From Botryllus schlosseri (Eukaryota): a stretch of DNA of 64,000 bases. The stretch is from NCBI GenBank assembly GCA_051294905.1, contig CM119371.1, positions 29,328,001 to 29,392,000 on the forward strand. The letters are read 5' to 3'. Position numbers and translations under genes: made by a program. This document shows positions 39,100 through 51,996 of this stretch, one piece after another. The notes under the pieces are model-generated. The model searched no databases. It saw only the letters and a program-made list of their open reading frames with translations, and had not been told where the DNA came from. The first letter of the stretch is position 1. Each line of letters opens with the position of its first letter.

Positions 39100-40566
39100 C
39101 AGTGGCGTAGACAGGGGGGGGGGGGGTAATCGGTGTCCGATACCCCCCGTTTCCAAGCTCGAAATACCCCCCGTCTTACGTATATTTCCATTGATCTAAT
39201 ATTTCTTGTTCTAATTCGATAATCCCCTAATTTCCGCGCGGCATCATCACGCCATCGATCAATCAGACAATGCAGTGCGGTGATGCCTTTTTCTCATATT
39301 GTTCTCTCGTCTACGGAAGCCCGAAAAACGCATCTCACATGGCTCTCCCGTCTCATCTGAACGATATTATCCAGTTACAGAACCAGAAGTCACAGTAACA
39401 ATAACACTCGCATTGAAATTTCGAAACCGCGCGAGTTGGTTTTCGTGTTTGACAGTCTATTGTCAACAAACGTTCAGAACATGCGCGCTAGGCTTGTATC
39501 ATTAGAGATAGCAGATCCCTACAGTACCAAAACAGATCGTACTAATCAAATGTTCTGTATGGAATCTATTATGTATTGATCCAATTTGCGATCATTTAGT
39601 TCGGTTGTTGTGTGTGGGTTTCCAGATCTCCAGCCGTTTCGTGTCTCAGGCCTCTGGCACATCTGCTGACTGTCCTATTATAACGCGCTTGGCCAGTAGT
39701 AAAACATTGGAGGCTAGGAAAATTAGGCCGCTCTGTGACTCGCGGCGCGTGATAGTGCTACTCGATGTGCTATTGTAATAACCAGAAGTTATAGTCTTGG
39801 CCTCGACAATTCGCAATTGTCACTTCTACACCGCAAACGCGTTTAGGAATGCATTTTGATCGCGAGCCTAAGCCTGCGCCAGGCCACTGTGATGCAAGCA
39901 CAAGCTCGAGCGGTAATTAGTCTTTACCATCTCCACACACCATCTTGGCAGACAGTAAAAATCATATTGATTTAAAACAAAATTAATCCAGATTGTTTGT
40001 ATCAAACGGCAACAGACTATAATTCATTTGCATATCTTCACTGTTCGAGTGTTCGTCTTTGAGCGCAAAATGGAGAGATCTTCCACTGTGTTGTAATATG
40101 ATCTGCGCGCACTTTCGTGATAACATCCTCGCTTTGGTAATTAAGGTCAAGATACCTCGCTGCCATCGAAATTTGTTTGCTCCTTCCATCTGATCTGATA
40201 CATTGTGATTTGCGAGGTGATCGTCGATCACCTGCTGCGGTGAGTCATGATTCGAGCGCACTTTGTATCAAAATCCGCGCGCATGAAACTCGCTGTCGGC
40301 AAATAGTGGCGCGCAATGGAAAAGCGCCTTCCGTTTGTTACTGAAGCATGCGACTGCGCATAATAGAGCTATATTTTAAGATAACTGGCAAATGTTCATG
40401 TGTGTAAAGACGTAAACACAAACTAGATTATCTTACCCTTGTTGTATCGGTATTTGTGTGTATTAAACCGCAATAAAGTGGTTAGCATAACGAATATCAT
40501 CTTTTCAAAAAATATCCCCCGTTTTAATAAATATCCCCCGTTTTTTTTCGGCTGGCTACGCCCCTG
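39100..40566. mobile_element. Non-autonomous hAT element (CAGTGGCGTAG termini), 1467 bp
   Basis: CAGTGGCGTAGACAG / CTGGCTACGCCCCTG; perfect TSD GCTATTAC. Confidence 0.9.
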
Positions 40567-40600
40567 GCTATTACTTACCGGTGGTGTGATTATTTGAAAC

Positions 40601-41495
40601 CAGGGTTGTAACCAAATCACAATTATCTGAGTCGCGAGTCAATCTCACTTTTATAGTCGAGTCTGAGTTATGGTATTATGACCCAAGTCATTGCGTTGAC
40701 TGCTCAGTTTCCAGTTTAAGACTTGTTAAAACCAACTTTTTATAACTCGGCTTGGTGATATCGAATGTACGCATCAGGGTTGTATTGACTCGAGTCATTT
40801 TTCTAAAAATGAAAAATGACTCTACTCGAGTCAATTTGTGTATTGACTCGACTTCTGCTCGAGTCATTGCGCATGACTCGGACCAAGTCATATGACTTGA
40901 GACTGGGTCTACCAAGACGGGCATTTCATTGTAATTTCGAAGAATGGTAAAGTTGTCACGCTATTGTTATTTCGTCTATCAGTACTGGTAAACTACCGAA
41001 AACTGTAAGTGACTAGTGAGGAACATTAGTATATCATGAATGCGAAGCTATCGATATCACCGAGCAGAGCAGTAAAAAGTGGGTTTCACATGACATTATC
41101 TCGGATCTGATAAGTAAACACAATGACTTTGACTTGAACTCGACACCCTACTCCGTGACTTGGACTCGGTGGTAAATTGAAAATGACTCGACTTGACTCG
41201 AGTCAAAACTTTAAACTTGTGATTCGGAACCTCGTGACTTGGTTACAACCCTGGTACGCATTTGTGATACGGTACTAATTTTTCTCGCTTTTCACAGATT
41301 CTGGTCGCATTTTCAAGTACCGCTACCAATAGACAAAATACCAATATTGTGGTTGTGGTTCCTTTATACTATTCTTCGAAATTACAATTAAATGTTGGTC
41401 TTGGCCGCCCGAGTCTCGAATCATTACACAGATTCACTTGAGTCGTCAGAAAATCGCGACTAGAGTGGAGTATGACTCGAGTCATTACAACTCTG
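40601..41495. mobile_element. hAT-like MITE of the GACTCGAGTC family (outer copy)
   Basis: CAGGGTTGTAA / TTACAACTCTG; TSD TTTGAAAC/TTGGAAAC. Confidence 0.8.
40775..41253. mobile_element. Same-family MITE nested in opposite orientation
   Basis: CAGGGTTGTA / TACAACCCTG; perfect TSD GTACGCAT. Confidence 0.9.
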
Positions 41496-41892
41496 TTGGA
41501 AACCATTCGAGGGGGTTCCAGCTATTAATTTATATTTTCGGAATCAGTATGAAAATATCTTTCTGTTTAGTTTAATTTTGCACTCTAGTCGCGAGTTATG
41601 GGTGGAAATATTTCAATTCAGAATTACATCGAATGAACCTGAAGTCCCAACTGGAAGCACCACTACCAAGGAGTATCCGAAGCAGGCTGTGAAGAGTAGA
41701 AACGACTCGCGTTCACATTTAGTAAATGGTTAGGAGGAAAGATTAATGCCCGTATTTGATGATGCCACCATTCATGTAATTTTACGTTAAGAATCCACGG
41801 ATAGTAGTGATGACTGCGCACCGCCTGCTCGAGTAAGAAAACGGAGACGGGGAGTAAGAAAACGGAGAAGGGTTGCAAAAACTATCGAAAAA

Positions 41893-42048
41893 ATGTCGGA
41901 GACTTCCAGTGACGAGGAGAAACCAGACTTTGACAAGCTGTTCCTGCTGAGCTTACATGACTCTCTCAAGGCACTGCCAGAACCCCAAAAATCGAGATTC
42001 AAAATGGATGCGGTTAAGTTGATGCTTGATCATCATGCTGCTGACTGA
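41893..42048 (+). pseudogene. BESS-motif fragment, probably from the MADF/BESS accessory gene of a Harbinger element
   Basis: MSETSSDEEKPDFDKLFLLSLHDSLKALPEPQKSRFKMDAVKLMLDHHAAD* fits the BESS pattern D..FLLSL...LK.LP...K...K; the upstream frame is disrupted. Confidence 0.65.
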
Positions 42049-43296
42049 TTATTATGTACTGCGTGTTTGTTTGTTTTGAACGGCAGCCACCAAACTCTTT
42101 CGAAAATTTAGCCTGGGAGACCGATTGCAATAATTCCGATATTTCGTGGCCATATCAAAGTGAAAAAAATGCAGTTGGAAAAATGCCGAAACCATACACA
42201 AAAGAAAAAGTAACAAATGCAATCGAAGGCGCACAACTACAACATACACACATCCTTGACGAACGACTACCATATGATCCGGATTGCATACAAAAAAAAA
42301 CACGGCTCTATCAAGTATGCCGGACCTCAAGTGTGAAAAGGTAGCTCGCCAGCTATCCGACAGTTATTGAGCATGTCCACCAGGGCTGTTCAAAAATAAC
42401 CCTTTTTCCTGAATCTTGCTGGCTACGTGATTAAATCGTTAGGTTGCCTTGTATAACGACGCACACCATATTTGAATTCATTCCAACCAATATTTGCGGA
42501 TTTCGTACAGTTTGTAAATTTTGAATTTGCCTAGAAATGCCAAGAATTTTTTTTTAAATTTTTCTGTCAACCCCATGAAATTGTTCGCTATCTTCAAAAA
42601 CGATGCAAAACAAATTTGACTCAATTCCAGGCCATAGAAGTCGAGTTATTTCAGTTTTTCTTTGATAATTCTGGTATTATCCTTGATTAACATTAAACGC
42701 TCTCGTATTCGACATTTCGTGCTGGTGACGTCATATTTTGTGTTACGATTGTTGATATACGCTGTTCTTTTGAATTCTCTACTAGGTGCTGAGGGGTACT
42801 CCACTAGTTGCTGACGAGTGTCAGCCAAAAATATTCGGGTTCATTTCAATATGAATATACTATTCGATTCTACGACAAATGTATGCAACTTGAATGTAAT
42901 TTTGGAAACTTCATTAACGCTGCCTTCTTGATATCAGATATTTATACGTGATTCTATTGACGTTTCTGCAAGGTGATGGTCGCGAAGTCCTGGTAAAGGC
43001 CACTAGCTCGATTGCAACTGCATTTTGGAATTGATAGCACCAATATATTTGTCTGATCGGCAGATAACTTTTTGTGGGCTGGCGGTTGAGAACCATAACC
43101 ACTACTGCTCTAGGCCAAGGTAGGTGTCTGATTGAAAGACTTCAGGTCGTTTCGGCACCCTCCTATCTTTTCATGATATCGCAATCTTGTGGGGTTTTGA
43201 TCTGATGAAATTTGAATAAAATGATACTTACATTTTGTTGCTATCAAGTCATAATTGTGCAGGGGTCAGCCAGATTGGGTTTCTCGTGGTAGGCCT

Positions 43297-45066
43297 CAGA
43301 CATGGGGTAATCGCGATTAGTAATCGTAATCGATTACGACGATTACAGCATTTTCAAGAAATAGCAATCGATTATATTCGAAAAAATCCCGAAGTAATCG
43401 TAATCGACTACTTCCAATATTTAATCGATTTCTTTGTGAAAGAACGATTACTTTTTATTTGTACAAGGACTGTGACATAAACTGAACACTCGTGAACAAG
43501 GAAGAGATATTATACCAGTTATTGAGAGCGTAAACGTCTGATTTTTAAATGCCACTGGTCATTATTACGTCAGAGGTAGCCTATTAGCTTTGCTCGTCTT
43601 TGCGTAAGAAGTGTCCACTGTCCATACATAGTAAATACATATTCGATGTACATTATTGTGATTGTAAGAAAACCCATCGTGCTGTATATCGGGTTATCAA
43701 TACATTTCAGACACCACTACCTCGCAACAGGATAATTAATCACCTCAGCCCAAGGTAAAATAGCAGCTTTTGTATTGATGTTTGGTTCTGCTTAGTTAAA
43801 CTATAGAATGTAATAGTTCTATATATATATAGTTCTAATTCTATAGCTAAATATAGTTCTACCGTGCTGCTTGGCGAGCAGTAGGCCTATATGGTACGAA
43901 CGTAGGCCTACACCAGACAAAGGTTTGAAATTTTGTACTTGTCAAATAAAACATTACGGTTTCCACAACGAAGCATTAAAATCAACAGCTGATGATATAT
44001 ATCAAAACCGAGCCGTTGTTTTGCCGTTTTCGTAATGGAACTTGCATTACATTATCTGCATCAAGTTGAAGGCAGAATTTTGTGTTCACTTTCTCGTATT
44101 CTCATATCATTCTACTCAAAACGGGCGCCAATCGCTATTTCGCAATTATTTATTGAACATTTGGACCTGCCGCCATAGCCATCGGCTTATATACCATGTC
44201 AGTGTGGGTTGTAGCTAGAATCAGGATCAAAACAGCAAACGTTTCCCCCACCCAAACATTGGTCTTGGGCCCCCATAGAGTATAGTCAATTTTGAAGTTG
44301 AAGATTGAATTTAATCAATAATATTGGTAATTGCATTATATTGCGTTTTTAATCCTATCTCAGCGCCCGATGGCCAGATTTACCTGAAGAGCAGGGGGCG
44401 CGTAGTTCATAATTATGACATCTGGTATCTTGGAATAATTAGTTTATTGTATGTTGTTAATTCGTGACCTCCGGTCTGTTATACAGCCAAAAGATATTGA
44501 TTGTAGTGGCCCAAATATAGCAGAATAAAAGAAAAACTTGCGTGAGAGGCACACACAAATTGTCATGTCTAATGCTCTGTGGATGCCAGGGTGGCATTTG
44601 CATCGTGGGCTCAGATTGAAAGGAATAGACTGTTAGTCACGCCAACCCAGCGCGGCTATTGACAAGGGACACATTATCTTTTGAGTGCCCTCCAACCACG
44701 CCCCCACCCTATTGGGGAATTTGGGGTGCGGCAGTTATGAACCTGGCAAGAATTCAAAACGTGTGCGATAAACCGTCCTCTATAAAATGGGCAATGGGTA
44801 CATTATGACGAAACAAGGAAATGTCCCATCTTTTGTAAAGACAGTTGTTCTATCATTAGGCCTTTTCAGAGCAATTCATGTATTGTCTTCCAATATAACT
44901 ACTACGATGCAAAATAAATGTAATCGTGAGTAATCGTGATTACTTTTCCAATGTAATCGTAATCGTAATCGACTACTTCCTGATTTTGCTGGAATCGTAA
45001 TCGCGTGATTCAGAAGTAATCGTAATCGCAATCGATTACATTCATGAAGTAATCACCCCATGTCTG
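43297..45066. mobile_element. Non-autonomous hAT-like element with GTAATC/GATTAC subterminal arrays, 1770 bp
   Basis: TIR CAGACATGGGGT / ACCCCATGTCTG; perfect TSD GTAGGCCT. Confidence 0.92.
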
Positions 45067-45300
45067 GTAGGCCTACTCAAGCGCAGCCATGACTCTTTAA
45101 AAACTTTTTAACTGATGCAGATGTTTCGCTGGTAGCACAGCATATTAATTAGATGCTTACGAATGTCACAAGACTGTGTTATTATAACTTGTGCTTGGGC
45201 TCTGGTACGCTGCAGAACTCGTGATTGTTGCCGAAGATTATTTCTGCGCGCCTTCACAATGTCTATCTGCTCTCTGAATAAGTAATTGTATGGTGTCCGC

Positions 45301-45781
45301 CAGGGTTGTAATGACTCTAGTCATGACTCGACCCGAGTCGTGATTTTTTTGCGACTCGACTGACTCGAGTAATTTTTTCAAATGCGTAAAATGACTTGTC
45401 TTGAAATTTTTGTATTGACCCGACTTCAACTCGAGTCTTGTGCATGACTCGAGACTAGGACTGACAAGTCTGATATTTCATTGTAACTTCGAAGAATAGT
45501 TGAGTTACCACGTTATTGGTATTTCGTCTATCAGTCTTCTCTTCAGCATTGGGTTCTACTAACTTATGTAAAATTCTTCGGGGGGAATCGAAGGCCTCGG
45601 ATACTCATTTTTCTCACTATTAACATGTTACTTGAATCGGATAAACAACAATTACTGGGCCTACTTTTCAATTATCGGTCCTGATATGCAAGACTTGGAT
45701 AGGTCATACAGAATTTGTTGAGTCATATCACTTGGGTCATTTTCCGTATTCAAGAAAATGACTCGAGTCATTACAACCCTG
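45301..45781. mobile_element. GACTCGAGTC-family MITE
   Basis: CAGGGTTGTAATGACTC / GAGTCATTACAACCCTG; TSD not preserved. Confidence 0.8.
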
Positions 45782-46599
45782 ATGGATACTAATTAATTCA
45801 TTGATTCTGTCACGGCTGTGTGGGACAGATCTGCTGCTAATTCGACATGGCAAAACAATACAGAAAGCTACACATTCCAGGTAACAAGTGTCAACAGGAC
45901 AAATTGCAATATAATACAACTTCAATAGCATGATTAGATGACTGATTGCCAGCACGGCGCAAGGTTGGCATAGTTCAGAGATATATTTATTTAGCAAGGT
46001 ATTCCAGCTTCAGCAAAAATTCTGCATTCAATAGGAAATAGACACTGAACCACGTGTGTGATTAATCAGTAGCACTCTGGATGCTGAAAAGTAGCTGTGA
46101 TGGCGTAAAAGAATTGAATGAAACAGTTTCTGCGTGGACTTTTCGAAGGCTACCTATTTAGTATTTGTTGACATTTTGCATTAGCCACGAAGATGAATCC
46201 TGCTATTTAGGACACAGTCACCTCTGACAGACTGGCAAAAGAATGCGACTCCTGGACCAAATTTACTTTTTGACACTCCTGACCAGAGTGGTTTTCAGTA
46301 GAAATGAGCAATATGATTCTAGTGAGCAATATAATGATTTGAACAGCGAGAGATTATTGTCTGAAGTACTAAAATTTACGATCCTTTCCACTAAGAGTCA
46401 ATTTATCAACAAGAATTCTTGCTTCAATACTATTTTTCCCATTGTGATATCACGGCATCCAAAGTACGTAGCACAGAGCAACGATTGCTGGTGGAAATGA
46501 CAATTGACATTCGTGAAACTGATCAATTCACAGCGTTGCCACAAGGTGCAATGAAATCGGTATATTTGATAAAGTGACGTAATATCTTCATTGTAATGT

Positions 46600-47243
46600 A
46601 AAATTTTGTCGAATTTAATTGGCTACCCCATAAAACTGTTCGTTTGTCTAAAAAAACAACAACGCTAAACACCAATTCAGGCGAAATTCCAACCTGTGGA
46701 AGCGAAGATATTGTGGTAGAAAGTTCTGGATTTATGTGATAAAAATGAATATAATATTTTTTTCGGATTTTATTGGTTACCCCATGAAATTGGTCAGTTG
46801 TCTGAAAAAAACGATGCACAACAAATTTGGCTCAAATTCAACCAGTGGAAGCCAAGTTATTGGAGTACAAAATTTTGGATTTGAAAATAATAGTGGCAAA
46901 TTCCTTATTGAGAGATCTAGCCACTGTAAATAGGCCTACTATAATTTGAAATCTAAATTTTTGACATGAATAACTTCGCTTCTACTGGTTGGAATTGAGC
47001 CAAATTTTTTGTGTATATTTTTTTCAGACAAACGAACAGTTTCATGGGGTAGCCAGTGAAATTCGAAAAAACTTTTTCTTTATTTTTATTCCTAAATAAA
47101 TCCAGAACTTTGTACTACAAGAACTTTGCTTGCACTGGTTGGAATTGATCGAAAATTGGTATGCAGCATTATTTTTAGGTAAATTGATAATTTTATCGAG
47201 CAACCAGTAAAATTTGAAAAAGAGAGTTATTTACTGAACAGCT
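46600..47243. mobile_element. Diverged copy of the TAGGG foldback family (boundaries approximate)
   Basis: Inverted arms with CAAATTTGGCTCAAATTCAACCAGT modules, centre near 46915. Further copies at about 42381-42655 (partial) and 57710-58236. Confidence 0.75.
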
Positions 47244-47472
47244 ACGTGCATATGAACGTATAAAAGGTAGGCCTACATATTTCAACGCTCCACATCAGTC
47301 ATACTCCTATGACGTTATCACTTGTGCAGTCAATTTTGCCCAACGTTCACTTCCTTCTTCCACTTGAAGTGGTTTGACATGTGTCAGAAATGTCTATTTC
47401 GATCCGTAATCGAGCAGAAACTTAGGGCGTTCATTCTATTTTGACCACCTACGGTTCAGTCCAACGTCGACG

Positions 47473-49281
47473 TCACCAGACAAAAGGCGCGCGTTCCCGC
47501 AAAAGTTTAAGCCCTTGAGACTGCCACTCTTTGTTGGTGACCCAGCACTCGTGGGCACTTTCCAAACAGGACAGCACGGACCCGCCTTTCCACGCCACCA
47601 CGGACGGGTCTTGATCTTTCGGCCGGACCACGACTTCGATTTGAGACGCGAGGTATTCTCTTGCCGGAGATAACGGAACGTGGTCCTTGATTTTTTGATG
47701 CATAAAATGGTCAACTCCGTCAAAATGAGCAAGACCGCCACCTACTACAAGAATACACGAATACATCCGTCTTTTCAATTCGTCCTCGTAAGATAGAGGG
47801 GTGTTTTCAATACTCCACACGATCGCTTGATGCAACGGCATCAAACCGCTAGGTGCTAGAACATCAGCTTCTGAAGTCTTTACAGTGCCGGAAGTAGTCT
47901 CTTCTTCTATCTCTTCACTGTTCTCGTAATCCATTCTTTCCACGTTTTGCTCGGAGAAAAAATTCGTCTGCTGCTGCGATTGGTAATCCTTCATCTTACG
48001 AAACGACCGACCATCATAGTGTTTGTTACGCGTTTGGAAAAGGTAATGCTCGTCTAAAGGATCTTCTGAATCACCTGGATTGCGTAGAGCTAAATGCACT
48101 TGAGACTTGGAAGGTTTTAAGCCCAGCACTTTGGGATAGAACAAACTCAGAGGGGCTTGGGACGTCTCGTCACCCAAAGTGATGGGATACAAGATTGAAG
48201 TTTGACCCGGACGCCGTATATGAAACTCTTGCTTCTCTGGGGTTTTACTATCTGGTTTAATGTGGCAGTACGTTTCTTTCAATTCTTCCATAAGCAAAGC
48301 ATCCATTCTATCATCGTGATCGAACTTGTGATACGGTAACGCGTTGCGTTTTAGCAGCTTTGCGAAAACGCGTGTAATATCCTTACCACCGATGTCTAAC
48401 CTTATACTCGTGCTTTTATGAGATATACCGTCCTCTATGCAGCTGATAGCTGTTTTTTCATGCCCAACATCTACGACGCATGCGGTCGCAATTCCACAGC
48501 CGTAAGTGGAGCAGACAGATTCTTGATGCACCAATACCGACGAAAAATTCAGCTCGTTAAATAGCATGTGCACCATTTCCTTTACGTGAGAATGATGGTA
48601 CAAGTCGGGTATCAAGAGAACGCAACGGAAATTCGACAGGTCTTTGAACGGTATAAGCAAAAACGTTTCTATTGCGCTTACCCATAATGTTGCCAGACTT
48701 GTGATTACAGACGATAATGACCCGTAAGGTCCTTTGTGAATATTCAACTGTCCTTTTACAATAGGCCAGTGGAGGTCGTAGCAATCATTTTCATCAATGT
48801 ATAAAGCATCATCACCTATCAAATACGGCTGATGCTTGCTTGTATCTGTCCATGTCCAGCCGCATCCTTCCGAGAGAACCTCGGGCTTTGATTTCTTGTT
48901 GCATTTGGCGAGGTATTCCCATCGACACACAGGTCGTCTAAAATACGAGACTAGGACGTCGTCAATTTCGTTGAGACCGCCAAAATTTATATTCCTTTGG
49001 TCATCTTCGTATTCGCATGAATCTCTCGACAGAAGAGATTGTCTGACCGCTTCTTGTTGACCTGGTTTTTTATGACGCCACGCGATCACGTGAGGTACTA
49101 ATGTCGGCTGAGGATCGGAGGCTCGACCTAAACGGAGGTGCGATGATCCGGGTTGCAATACGATAGTAGACTTGGCTTGACCTGTGGTACTTTCGATATC
49201 AAACGTGTCGCCTACGCTGTCTTCGTTTTGAACAGGACTACTTGAGAAGGACCTCGATGCAGACGACGCCTCCAACGCCAT
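47473..49281 (-). CDS. ACTR8: Actin-related protein 8 (INO80 complex subunit), intronless, 602 aa
   Basis: IVLQPGSSHLRLGRASDPQPTLVPHVIAWR, VHQESVCSTYGCGIATACVVDVGHEKTAISCIEDG, KRRMYSCILVVGGG and the C-terminal LLRERAPFVW are typical of Arp8. The first in-frame ATG is at 49281; the ORF track starts earlier at a TTG. Confidence 0.96.
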   Translation of the reverse strand: MALEASSASRSFSSSPVQNEDSVGDTFDIESTTGQAKSTIVLQPGSSHLRLGRASDPQPTLVPHVIAWRHKKPGQQEAVRQSLLSRDSCEYEDDQRNINFGGLNEIDDVLVSYFRRPVCRWEYLAKCNKKSKPEVLSEGCGWTWTDTSKHQPYLIGDDALYIDENDCYDLHWPIVKGQLNIHKGPYGSLSSVITSLATLWVSAIETFLLIPFKDLSNFRCVLLIPDLYHHSHVKEMVHMLFNELNFSSVLVHQESVCSTYGCGIATACVVDVGHEKTAISCIEDGISHKSTSIRLDIGGKDITRVFAKLLKRNALPYHKFDHDDRMDALLMEELKETYCHIKPDSKTPEKQEFHIRRPGQTSILYPITLGDETSQAPLSLFYPKVLGLKPSKSQVHLALRNPGDSEDPLDEHYLFQTRNKHYDGRSFRKMKDYQSQQQTNFFSEQNVERMDYENSEEIEEETTSGTVKTSEADVLAPSGLMPLHQAIVWSIENTPLSYEDELKRRMYSCILVVGGGLAHFDGVDHFMHQKIKDHVPLSPAREYLASQIEVVVRPKDQDPSVVAWKGGSVLSCLESAHECWVTNKEWQSQGLKLLRERAPFVW

Positions 49282-49810
49282 TTTCGCAGCAATGAAATAA
49301 AATCCCCGCGTTGAAAAGGGTGAAGTCCCTAAACTAAACAAGATTAGTGAAAAAGAACCAGCGGTGCGTATGATTCAGTCTCCCATATCGAGATCTTGTA
49401 CAATGTACATCTCCTCGGACAGTCTGTTATATACGAAGTGACGAGAAAATTTACCATAAATCTGAGCTTAAAAGTAGCTGAGCGAATCATAAGCATTGGC
49501 TTAAGCTGCCTTAGCTATGAAGCCGGGCGTGTGAACGTCTCTCTCTCTCCTTGTCCGATGTGGATCCCCACTAAACACTACCAAGATTGTAGGAACGGTA
49601 ATAACGCACGCCGTTTAATTTAACAAGCATATCATCATGCTACCTTCACCTTTATAACGAAATAAAAGTAAATCAAAGAGAGTTGTGTTTCGTGAATATA
49701 TTCAAACCGCAAGATGCCGTACGTCGACTCCAACGAGAATGCTATTCAGATATGCTTCACTAAGCATAAGCATTATTGCCGACTTTCGTTTTTCGCTGTG
49801 GCGTCGATGT
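49282..49810. promoter_or_regulatory. Probable bidirectional promoter region between ACTR8 and GNPDA
   Basis: Divergent gene arrangement with CpGs retained; candidate 5'-UTR donor GAT|GTATGT at about 49809 could pair with the acceptor tctttacag at 51148. Confidence 0.45.
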
Positions 49811-51186
49811 ATGTAATATGTATATTGTATATGCTGTTCAGCACTTCAGATATCTGCTGAACTGTTTCGTTTTAGTACGTTAATTTACCCATAGTACAGT
49901 CTAGTCGTAAGCATGAGCATCTAGTGGTACCCGTATTGTAAAACATACGGTAACTAACTCTGACTCACTGTTTGGAATCGGTGTCCTGTGCTCACACTAT
50001 ATTTTATTTTTTATTCAATTATTTTAACTTGGAAAATCATCGCTGCTCACCTGATATTTTGTATATTATTGCCTTGAAATACTGGTATTGTGCGGTACAG
50101 TGATCTCACTGCTCTGATGTCCAGTAGGATATGTGCAATTCTGTTGCATGTATTATTGCTGAGACAGCTCAGTCCTGTATAGAATCGGTGTCCTGTGCAT
50201 GTGCTCACACTATATTTTTTATTAATTTTTAATATATTACTTCAACTTGAAGAATCTTCGCTGCACACCCAGGCAAAACGTAACGAGATTCCAGTAGGGA
50301 GACTGACTAAGCCATGTTGAAAGACGTAATTCATATCAAGGCTGAATAATAAGTACTAACCAAGTTGTGAAGTTTCAAAGCAAACGTTTCTGGTCAAGTC
50401 AATCCTGGCTAACCTAACCCATCACTCTCATTTGTATAAGTGCCAATATCAACCAGTAATTATCCTGTGGACAAGAAGATTTTCATGATCATATCATCGG
50501 CAGATTTGAATTACCGTACTATGTAGAAAATTTTCAGTTTTTTCGAAATTGGATTATACAATTGAATAGTATATTCATATTGAAATGAACCTGCATATTT
50601 TTGGCTGACACTCGTCAGGGGTAATCTTCAGCAACTATAGTAGAGAATTGGAAAGAACATTGTATATCAACAAAACAATCGTATATCACAAAATAGGAAA
50701 TTGGATCAGGGTATTAAACGGCAGCACAAGTCTTTCCAAATTATATTTGAGTTAGAATTTTTAAATTCATACAAATGTGGAAATTAAATTGAATTGCGAA
50801 TAGGAAAGGGTTACAACAAGAATCAAGTTCAGTCCATATGAAGTCAGAGTGCATTTTCATTTGCAATGTCGGGCTCGTTTTACAAGTCACTGTTATATGC
50901 TGTCTGTATCTGTAGTGTTTTTAGGTGAACCACACGTTATATTAAAATTAAAGGATAGAAACTTTTCTCTGATTAGACCAGAATTAGATTACGGTACTGG
51001 CTTTTCACGCTAATTAGTGCAATTAGCCAACTAGAATCTACTTGTCCAAGTTTGATCATTGAGTCAACACCGATCAAGGACTGTTCTATAACACTAATGT
51101 GCCCTTTTCTACCTCACCTGGAATATTCTTCTCTCTCAGTCTTTACAGTTGAAATAGCTCTATATTTTTGAAGTATTACCGACATC

Positions 51187-51996
51187 ATGCGTTTGGTCAT
51201 TCTCGACGATTACGACAAAACCAGCGAATGGGCCGCCAAGTACGTGCGCAACAGAATCCTACAATTCAAGCCTGGACCGGAAAAATACTTCACTCTCGGA
51301 CTACCGACAGGCAGCACGCCTATGGGGATGTACAAAAAGCTCGTGGAATTCCACAAGAGAGGAGAGCTGTCTTTCAAATACGTGAAGACGTTCAACATGG
51401 ATGAATACGTCAAGATACCTCGCGATCACCCGGAGAGCTATCACTCGTTTATGTGGGATAACTTTTTCAAGCATATCGACATCGATCCCGCAAACGCTCA
51501 TATCTTAGATGGAAATGCTTCTGATTTAATAGCTGAATGCGATGCATTTGAGGATAAGATTAAACAAGCTGGGGGCGTCGAATTGTTTTTGGGTGGTATA
51601 GGTCCAGATGGACACATTGCTTTCAACGAACCAGGATCTAGTCTCGTGTCTAGGACAAGAGTGAAGACACTGGCTAAAGAAACAATCATTGCAAACGCTA
51701 GATTTTTCGACGGCGACTTATCCAAAGTACCGACGCAAGCTTTGACGGTAGGTGTGGGCACTGTAATGGATGCGAAAGAAGTAATGATTCTTATAACTGG
51801 AGCTCACAAAGCGTACGCTCTGCATAAGGCTATAGAGGGCGGTGTCAACCATATGTGGACAGTGTCTGCTTTTCAGCAGCATCCGAAAACGATATTCGTG
51901 TGTGATGAAGACGCCACCATGGAGTTGAAGGTGAAGACGGTGAAGTACTTCAAAGGACTGATGGCGCTTCACAATAAGCTTGTCGAGACTCTGTGA
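51187..51996 (+). CDS. GNPDA: Glucosamine-6-phosphate deaminase/isomerase, intronless CDS, 269 aa
   Basis: Motifs [57 protein letters not shown]1 versus GNPDA2 cannot be distinguished. Confidence 0.98.
   Translation: MRLVILDDYDKTSEWAAKYVRNRILQFKPGPEKYFTLGLPTGSTPMGMYKKLVEFHKRGELSFKYVKTFNMDEYVKIPRDHPESYHSFMWDNFFKHIDIDPANAHILDGNASDLIAECDAFEDKIKQAGGVELFLGGIGPDGHIAFNEPGSSLVSRTRVKTLAKETIIANARFFDGDLSKVPTQALTVGVGTVMDAKEVMILITGAHKAYALHKAIEGGVNHMWTVSAFQQHPKTIFVCDEDATMELKVKTVKYFKGLMALHNKLVETL

Noticed and set aside
40601..45781. CRISPR-like arrays (GACTCGAGTC and GTAATCG repeats)
   Set aside because: Irregular spacing, eukaryotic context and no cas genes; these are subterminal transposon motifs.
49282..49341. 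20-aa N-terminal extension of ACTR8 in the ORF track
   Set aside because: It starts at TTG; the first ATG, in good context (AAAATGG), is at 49281.
51187..51996. Horizontal transfer of bacterial nagB (intronless gene)
   Set aside because: The sequence has animal GNPDA features ([34 protein letters not shown]) and a spliceosomal acceptor upstream.
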